Shown: in pieces, positions 37,579 to 43,829 of the stretch
Position numbering within the stretch: the first letter of the stretch is position 1
Layout: every line of letters starts with the position of its first letter
Assembly (NCBI GenBank): GCA_039591655.1
Contig: JBDHDE010000019.1
Coordinates: 1 to 43,829 of the forward strand
Reading direction: 5' to 3'
DNA: 43,829 nt
Source: Gemmatimonadota bacterium
GTDB lineage: Bacteria > Gemmatimonadota > Gemmatimonadetes > Gemmatimonadales > GWC2-71-9
Notes under the pieces: generated by a model
Told to the model about the DNA's origin: nothing
Database searches by the model: none
What the model saw: only the letters and a program-made list of their open reading frames with translations
Position numbers and translations under genes: made by a program

Positions 37579-38702
37579 TGAACGCAGACGGTTGGCAGCG
37601 GCTTGCGGCGACGCTGGTCGTCCTCTTCGTCGTCGCTCTCCTCCTGCTGTTCCTCCGCGAGGTCCGCGAGGTCATTGTCCTGCTCTTCATCGCCGCGCTC
37701 CTCGCGGTCTATCTCTCTGCAGTCACCGACATCCTAGTCCGCCGCTTCCGCCTGGTTAGACCCCTGGCGCTGACCCTCGCCATGATTCTCACCTTGGCGG
37801 CGGCTACGGGCGTCGGCGCCCTCATCCTGCCGCCGCTGGTCCAGCAGGTGCAGGATCTGGTGGGCGCCCTGCCGCGCTATGCCCAGGATCTCGAGGGCGT
37901 GATGGCCAGCTGGGCGGAGCGCTACCCGGTGCTGGAGGGCACCGTGCTGGGTGCCGAGGGTGGTGGAGCGGTGCAGACCATGATTGACGATGCCACCGGC
38001 TTCGTGCGAGGATCCCTGCTGCCCTACCTCACGGCCGGAGGGAAGCTCGCCGTGGAGCTGGTGAGCGTGATGGCCATGGCCATCTACCTGGCCCGCAACC
38101 CCGGTGAGTACCGGGAAGGCCTGATCTCGCTGGCGCCCCCGAAGCAGCGGCACATTGCCCGGGCCACCATGGCCGATCTGGGCGAGACGATGCGCACCTG
38201 GATCTGGGCCCAGCTGTTCGCCATGCTCGTCCTGGGAGTGCTGACCGCCATCGGCCTGTGGGCGCTTCAGGTGCCCTATGCCCTGGCCTTCGGGGTCTTC
38301 ACCGGGGTGGTGGCCATCGTGCCGTTCTTTGGCACGATCGTCTCCACCATCATCCCGGCGCTCCTCATGCTCACCATCAGCTCCTTTCCGCACGCCGTTG
38401 CCGTGCTGGGCCTGGGCATCGTGGTGCACCTGATCGAGGCCAACGTGGTCGCTCCCCTCATCTTCGAGGAGCGGGTAAGCCTGCCGCCGGTGCTCACCAT
38501 CATGAGCGTGCTGGTGATGGCCACCCTGTTGGGCGCCCTGGGGCTCATAGTGGCCGTGCCCACGCTGGCCGCCCTGATGGTGGGCGTCCGCCACATCCTG
38601 TTCGGGCAGATCTATGGGGAGGCGGATGTGCACCGCATTCCCAGTGCGGTGCTGGTGCAGACCACCGGAGAGCGGAAGGTCATCACCGTCCCAGACGCCT
38701 AG
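37578..38702 (+). CDS. AI-2E family transporter (PerM/TqsA-like)
   Basis: Multi-TM; IVPFFGTIV, HLIEANVVAPLI, LIVAVPTLA; start overlaps the pspA stop. Confidence 0.88.
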   Translation: MNADGWQRLAATLVVLFVVALLLLFLREVREVIVLLFIAALLAVYLSAVTDILVRRFRLVRPLALTLAMILTLAAATGVGALILPPLVQQVQDLVGALPRYAQDLEGVMASWAERYPVLEGTVLGAEGGGAVQTMIDDATGFVRGSLLPYLTAGGKLAVELVSVMAMAIYLARNPGEYREGLISLAPPKQRHIARATMADLGETMRTWIWAQLFAMLVLGVLTAIGLWALQVPYALAFGVFTGVVAIVPFFGTIVSTIIPALLMLTISSFPHAVAVLGLGIVVHLIEANVVAPLIFEERVSLPPVLTIMSVLVMATLLGALGLIVAVPTLAALMVGVRHILFGQIYGEADVHRIPSAVLVQTTGERKVITVPDA

Positions 38703-38959
38703 ACCCGGCCGCTCCCTCGCCCGGGCCGGGGCGGGGGTCGTAGAGCTCAACAGGTCCCGGCCACACTTCCCGGCAGGCGGGCGCCTGCCCCGCCGGCGGG
38801 CCTGACACCCACCTGACGACTACGCGTGAATCCGCCCGCGGCGGCAGCGGAAGGATGTCGGCCGCTGCGCTCCCTTACCCTATCCTCAGCCGGCGCTCAG
38901 CGATTGAGTGCCCGCCCGATTCGGCCTCCAGCCCACGCCCTGCGTGGAGGAGGAGTGCC

Positions 38960-39172
38960 ATGAAACGACTGATCATCGCTGCCCTCGCCGCTGGTGTGAT
39001 CGGCATCTTGCCGAATCCACGGCCAGCCGACGCGACCGACAAAGCCGGCAGGTGCGCCATCCAGGCGGTTAATTCGTGCGACAATGATTTCTCCGATGAC
39101 TCACCGGAGCTGATCGCGATTCGCGGGTACTGCTACCTGATTCGATCGGCGATATGCATGTTCTTCGGGTGA
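38960..39172 (+). CDS. Small secreted peptide with a twin CX7C motif
   Basis: GGAGGAGGAG RBS, signal MKRLIIAALAAG...ADA, mature part CAIQAVNSC-X17-CYLIRSAIC. Confidence 0.7.
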   Translation: MKRLIIAALAAGVIGILPNPRPADATDKAGRCAIQAVNSCDNDFSDDSPELIAIRGYCYLIRSAICMFFG

Positions 39173-39279
39173 CGGCGCGGCCCGATCACCCACGCTCGAG
39201 AACCGAGTGCCGAACGGGTGGTGGCGGAGGGCCTCGCGCTCTCCGCCCACCCCCGGCTGGACGACCCACGGCGCTGGCG

Positions 39280-39981
39280 GTGAAGGCCGAGGTGGTGCTG
39301 GGCATGCTGCTCGTGGCGCGGCACCGTTCAGGTCGGCTCGTCGCGGTCTTCGCCGTGACACTCCTGGCTCTGGGGCTGCTGGATCCCGGCTCCGGAGTGA
39401 CCCGCTCGCTCCACGTGCTGCTCCTGATCGGCGGCTCCCTCGGCGCTGTGGCAGGCTCGCGCCTGCTGGCGCCGGGGCCCGCGCTGCTCGCTGCCCGGCG
39501 TGTTGCCGCCCGGTGGTGGGTGGCGCCCGCTGGGAGGCTCCTGGGAGCGCTCGTCCTGGTAGCGCCTCTGTTGGCGCTGGGGGCAGCGATTCAGAAGCCG
39601 CCGGGCGGGATGGTGGCGGTTGTGCGTCTCGCGGCCATCGCCCTGGTGCAGGCCGCGGCGCTGGGGGGCCTGGTGGCTGGGCTGGCGCCGCTCACCGGGG
39701 CCACGACCGCCGGAACGCTCGGGCTGGTCGCGGCCTGGCTTGGCGGGGTGCCGCCCTCCGGGATAGGGGAGCTCCTGGGGTCCTGGACCTACGCCCGGCG
39801 GGTGGCCGTCCTCTTATGGAATGTGTTGCCCCTGGGCTGGCGCGCGGCTCGCTGGGCCGCCGGTGGTCCGGTCCGGGATCCAGCGCTCCTGATCGGCTGG
39901 ATTGTGGCCGGCATCGGCCTGGGGGCGTGGGCTGCGGCGCGAGCCTGGGGCAAGTCCGCTGCGCCGGGGCGGGGGGTGTGA
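39280..39981 (+). CDS. ABC exporter permease-like membrane protein
   Basis: About 6 hydrophobic segments, coupled (TGATG) to an ABC ATPase; start uncertain. Confidence 0.6.
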   Translation: MKAEVVLGMLLVARHRSGRLVAVFAVTLLALGLLDPGSGVTRSLHVLLLIGGSLGAVAGSRLLAPGPALLAARRVAARWWVAPAGRLLGALVLVAPLLALGAAIQKPPGGMVAVVRLAAIALVQAAALGGLVAGLAPLTGATTAGTLGLVAAWLGGVPPSGIGELLGSWTYARRVAVLLWNVLPLGWRAARWAAGGPVRDPALLIGWIVAGIGLGAWAAARAWGKSAAPGRGV

Positions 39982-40901
39982 TGCAGGTGGAGTGCTGCGG
40001 TGTGGCCAAGACGTACGGTAGCGGGCGGCGCCGACAGGTGGCGTTGACGGGTTGCTCCTTCAGCGCGGAGGCGGGCGAGATCGTGGGGGTGCTGGGGCCC
40101 AACGGCGCCGGCAAGACGACGCTCCTCGGTCTCGTGGCCGGGGAGCTGACGCTCACGGCGGGGGAGCTGCGGGTGCTGGGCCACCGGGCAGGGACCCCGG
40201 CGGCTCGGCGCTCAGTGGGATACGCCCCGGACCCGCCCCTCGCTCCGCCGGAGCTCACCGGTGCGGAGTGGCTCGCCTATCTGGCGAGCCACCGCGCATC
40301 CTCGCCTCGGCGACGTCTCGGCCTGGTGCGCTGGGCCGTCGAGCTCGCCGAGCTCGAGACGTTCATCGACCGTCGGGTGAGCACCTATTCACGCGGGATG
40401 GCCCAGCGCCTGGGACTCGCCGGGGCGGCGTTGCTCGAGGCGCCAGTGCTCGCGCTGGACGAGGTGTTGAGCGGGGTCGATCCCCTGGTGCAGCGTCGGC
40501 TGCGGGAGCAGCTGGCGCTGCTTGCTCGGGGCGGGCGCCTGGTGCTGATCGCCTCCCACGACCTCGCGGCGCTGGAGCGCGTGGCGACCCGAGTCCTGGT
40601 CTTGTGGGACGGGCAGGTACTTGTCGACGTGGCCACTGCGCGGCTGGCGACCGAGCGGATGGTGGAGCTCACTCTGGCGGGGTCGACCGCGTACCGGGGT
40701 GAGCGCCTGGCGCGGCGCTTCCCGGGGACGGTGCGCACCGGCCACGGTGTTGCCGTTCCCCTGACCGGCGGGCGCACGGTGGAGGAGGTCCTGGCGGCGT
40801 GCGGTGAGGAGCGCATCGCGGTGGCGGCATCGCGGGTGCGCGACCGGGCGCTGGAGGACATCCTGGTTGAGGCTGCCGCCCGGCAGGGGGAGCGGGCATG
40901 A
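39981..40901 (+). CDS. ABC transporter ATP-binding protein
   Basis: GPNGAGKTT, YSRGMAQR, LALDEVLSGVDP, IASHD. Confidence 0.88.
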   Translation: MQVECCGVAKTYGSGRRRQVALTGCSFSAEAGEIVGVLGPNGAGKTTLLGLVAGELTLTAGELRVLGHRAGTPAARRSVGYAPDPPLAPPELTGAEWLAYLASHRASSPRRRLGLVRWAVELAELETFIDRRVSTYSRGMAQRLGLAGAALLEAPVLALDEVLSGVDPLVQRRLREQLALLARGGRLVLIASHDLAALERVATRVLVLWDGQVLVDVATARLATERMVELTLAGSTAYRGERLARRFPGTVRTGHGVAVPLTGGRTVEEVLAACGEERIAVAASRVRDRALEDILVEAAARQGERA

Positions 40902-41551
40902 GTCGCCCCCTGACCCTCGCAGTCTCACTCGGAGCGGCGCTCACCGCCTTGGGGCTCGCCACGCTGCCCCGCCAGCTGGCGCTGCTCGAGCGGACCCTGG
41001 CCCCCTCGGGAGATCCCCTCATGGCGGCCCATGGCGCGCTCCTGCGGGACGGCATCCTGCGGGTGATCCTCGTCGACCGGCTGATACCGTCTCCAACGCT
41101 GCTGCTGGCGGGTCTGTTGCTCGTGCTCGCTGCCGAGCCCGTCCTCATGCTGGCGCGGGAGCGGCGCGGGACCCTCTACAAGATCGTGCTCCTGGGACTC
41201 GCCCCCCTGATCGCCCAGCGCCTGGGGGAGCTGGCCGTCGTCTACCTCGCGGCGCTGGAGGCGCCGGTCGTGGGGGACGCCGTCACGGCGCCGCACCGGT
41301 TCGTCACCGGCCCCCTCCTGTTCTGGCGCCAGCCGGAGCCCGCCCCCGGGTGGCTGGAAGTCCTCAACGACCGGCTGAATCTCATCGTCCTCTGGTCCGT
41401 GTTGCTGTGGAGTATGGGGATGCGCGAGCTGGACGGTGGTCGCCTGCGTCCCTGGCATGTGGCCCTGCCGGTGGCGTGCGTGGCAGGCGCCGGCGTCATC
41501 ACCTGGGCGCTGGGACCTGTGGCGTACGGCGCGATATTGCGGCTGGGGTAG
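40898..41551 (+). CDS. Multi-TM membrane protein, possibly Yip1-like
   Basis: About 5 TM segments; the LNLIVLWSVLLWSMGMREL segment resembles Yip1-type C-terminal helices; ATGA overlap. Confidence 0.55.
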   Translation: MSRPLTLAVSLGAALTALGLATLPRQLALLERTLAPSGDPLMAAHGALLRDGILRVILVDRLIPSPTLLLAGLLLVLAAEPVLMLARERRGTLYKIVLLGLAPLIAQRLGELAVVYLAALEAPVVGDAVTAPHRFVTGPLLFWRQPEPAPGWLEVLNDRLNLIVLWSVLLWSMGMRELDGGRLRPWHVALPVACVAGAGVITWALGPVAYGAILRLG

Positions 41552-41630
41552 CGGATCCCTAGCTTTCCTCCGCCAAAGTCGTTGGAATCCATTGAGTTAC
41601 CGGGCGCGGCACGGGGCCGCGGCAGAGTCC

Positions 41631-43064
41631 ATGACCCTCGAACTCTACAATACCCTGACGCGTCGGCTGGAGCCGTTCGAGCCCCTGGAGCCCCCGCGGG
41701 TCACGTTCTACATGTGCGGGCCAACGGTGTACAACTACGCTCACATCGGGAACTTCCGCACGTTCATCTTCGGCGATCTGCTGCGGCGCTATCTGGAGTA
41801 CCGGGGCTACCAGGTGTTCCACATCATGAACCTCACTGACGTGGACGACCGGACAATCGCCGCCGCCGCCAAGGCGGGCGTGCCCCTCGCCGAGCACACC
41901 GCGCCCTTCACCCAGGCGTTCTTCCAGGACCGGGACTACCTCCGGATCAAGCCGGCGGACGTCTATCCCCGCGCGACAGAGTACGTGGGGCCCATGGTGG
42001 AGTTGGTCCAGCGACTGCTCGATCGGGGCCTCGCTTATCGCGGGGAGGATGGCTCGGTCTACTACGCGGTAGGCGAGTTCGCCGACTACGGCCGGCTGTC
42101 ACGCCTCGACCGGCGCGAGCTCAAGACCGGGGCGCGGGTGGCTTCCGACGAGTACGACAAGGAGGATGTGCGGGACTTCGCTCTGTGGAAGGCGGCAACG
42201 CCCGAGGACGAGCGGGTCGGGGCCGCGTGGGACGCCCCCTTTGGGCGGGGACGGCCGGGCTGGCATCTGGAGTGCTCGGCCATGTCCCTCTCCGAGGTCC
42301 GCAAGCGCTTCGGCGTCCAGACCTTGGACATCCATGCCGGGGGGGTGGATCTCATCTTCCCCCACCATGAGAACGAGATCGCTCAGTCGGAGGGCGCCAC
42401 CGGCGAGCCCTTCGTGCGGCACTGGCTGCACGGTGAGTTCCTCTTCATCCGCGGCACCAAGATGTCCAAGCGGTACGGCAACACCCTGACGGCGCGTGAC
42501 CTCCAGGAGGAGGGCGTGGACGCGGCCGCCGTGCGGATGTTGGTCCTCTCCACCCACTACCGGCAGCAGCTCAACTTCACGGACGAGGCCCTCGAGGGGG
42601 CTGCGGAGGGGGTGCGCCGGCTGGCCGACTTTCGTGCACGGCTCGCGCAGGCCGCTGGGGGGGAGCCCGCGGCCTCGCGCCCCCGGGGCGCCGCCCAGCT
42701 GGAGCAGGAGTTCCAGGGTGCGATGGACGACGACCTAAACGCTCCCAAGGCCGTGGGGGCCGTCTTCAGCTTCGTCCGGGTGGCCAACCGGGAGCTCGAT
42801 GCCGGTGGGTGGGGCGCCGGCGAGGCCGGGGCGGCGCTGGCGACCCTGGACCGGGTGTTGGGGGTACTCGATCTGATCCCCGGCGCCGCACAGGTGGACG
42901 AGGCCTTCCGTAGCTGGGTCGAGGAGCGGGTGGCCGCCCGGACGGCCGCCCGGAGCGCCCGGGACTTCGCCGCCGCCGACGCCATCCGCGATGAGCTGGC
43001 CGCTCGCGGGGTGGAGCTGGAGGATACCTCCCAGGGGACCCGCTGGCGCCGGAGCGGCGCCTAG
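41631..43064 (+). CDS. cysS: Cysteine--tRNA ligase
   Basis: LYNTLTR, YMCGPTVYNYAHIGN, DFALWK, GRPGWHLECSAMS, DIHAGGVDLIFPHHENE, KMSKR. Confidence 0.97.
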   Translation: MTLELYNTLTRRLEPFEPLEPPRVTFYMCGPTVYNYAHIGNFRTFIFGDLLRRYLEYRGYQVFHIMNLTDVDDRTIAAAAKAGVPLAEHTAPFTQAFFQDRDYLRIKPADVYPRATEYVGPMVELVQRLLDRGLAYRGEDGSVYYAVGEFADYGRLSRLDRRELKTGARVASDEYDKEDVRDFALWKAATPEDERVGAAWDAPFGRGRPGWHLECSAMSLSEVRKRFGVQTLDIHAGGVDLIFPHHENEIAQSEGATGEPFVRHWLHGEFLFIRGTKMSKRYGNTLTARDLQEEGVDAAAVRMLVLSTHYRQQLNFTDEALEGAAEGVRRLADFRARLAQAAGGEPAASRPRGAAQLEQEFQGAMDDDLNAPKAVGAVFSFVRVANRELDAGGWGAGEAGAALATLDRVLGVLDLIPGAAQVDEAFRSWVEERVAARTAARSARDFAAADAIRDELAARGVELEDTSQGTRWRRSGA

Positions 43065-43102
43065 CTCGAGGCGGTGCCCCAAGTGGCAGGTATACCAAGG
43101 AG

Positions 43103-43131
43103 TTGACTCCCCCCATACCCCTCGTTATCCT
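43103..43131 (+). promoter_or_regulatory. sigma70 promoter of the tRNA-tuf operon
   Basis: TTGACT-N17-TATCCT, 26 nt upstream of tRNA-Thr. Confidence 0.65.
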
Positions 43132-43157
43132 ACTAGACTCGCGAAAAATCGGCCCGG

Positions 43158-43233
43158 GCTGACGTAGCTCAATCGGTAGAGCGGCTGATTTGTAATCAGC
43201 AGGTTAAGGGTTCGAGTCCCTTCGTCAGCTCCA
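43158..43233 (+). tRNA. tRNA-Thr(TGT)
   Basis: Acceptor GCTGACG/CGTCAGC, anticodon arm GCTGA-TTTGTAA-TCAGC, TTCGAGT loop, encoded CCA. Confidence 0.95.
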
Positions 43234-43241
43234 GTATGTCC

Positions 43242-43267
43242 CGCAGGGACGCATGGGCGTCCCTGCG
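43242..43267 (+). other. Perfect 11-bp hairpin in the tRNA spacer
   Basis: CGCAGGGACGC-ATGG-GCGTCCCTGCG. Confidence 0.6.
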
Positions 43268-43326
43268 CTTGTGACCGACCGCTCTGTGGCCTGGCGATCG
43301 GTTAGGTGGAGGGCAACGCGGGCAAC

Positions 43327-43409
43327 GGTGGGGTGCCCGAGCGGCCAAAGGGAGCAGACTGTAAATCTGCCGGCGTACGCCTACGAAGGTTCGAATCCTT
43401 CCCCCACCA
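43327..43409 (+). tRNA. tRNA-Tyr(GTA)
   Basis: Acceptor GGTGGGG/CCCCACC, GCAGA-CTGTAAA-TCTGC, long variable arm, CCA not encoded. Confidence 0.95.
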
Positions 43410-43463
43410 CTGACGGTTGGATGCGTCGCCTCGGGCCGACGCCTAGTGGAGAGCCGCTGCCTC

Positions 43464-43536
43464 GCGGGTGTAGCTCAGTTGGTAGAGCATCAGCCTTCCA
43501 AGCTGAGGGTCGCGGGTTCGAGTCCCGTCGCCCGCT
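43464..43536 (+). tRNA. tRNA-Gly(TCC)
   Basis: Acceptor GCGGGTG/CGCCCGC, TCAGC-CTTCCAA-GCTGA. Confidence 0.95.
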
Positions 43537-43541
43537 TTGCT

Positions 43542-43613
<72 letters not shown>

Positions 43614-43659
43614 TGTGGGATGGCACTACGGTGCCCCCGGTGAGTGCGTGAACCGCTGA

Positions 43660-43829
<170 letters not shown>

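Overview
High-GC bacterial chromosomal window; gene style suggests Gemmatimonadota, but this is inference only. The left half (1-25.8 kb) is dominated by respiratory and extracellular electron transfer genes. It starts with a truncated CbcL-like cytochrome b domain, a beta-barrel and 12- and 4-heme cytochromes, followed by an SQR-like/TusE/DsrE sulfur cassette and ccmE(CxxxY)-F-H-I-like maturation genes. A second cluster holds two NHL-propeller lipoproteins, 14(+1)-, 7- and 6-heme cytochromes, another beta-barrel and an OmcE-like tetraheme cytochrome. Housekeeping genes are interspersed (ATL, cyclophilin, IYD-like nitroreductase, DinB, mtnA, hypB, glpK). The right half has a cutA-TPR-macro-transglutaminase-ABC operon and uvrA. 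Next comes a tandem array of six small PspB-like membrane proteins (shared ER[LVI]DF[AT]ERxL motif) directly upstream of pspA and an AI-2E transporter. The window ends with a twin-CX7C secreted peptide plus ABC exporter, cysS and the tRNA-Thr/Tyr/Gly/Thr-tuf operon. No mobile element or CRISPR array is seen. Functional calls come from motif recognition by eye; no database search was run.
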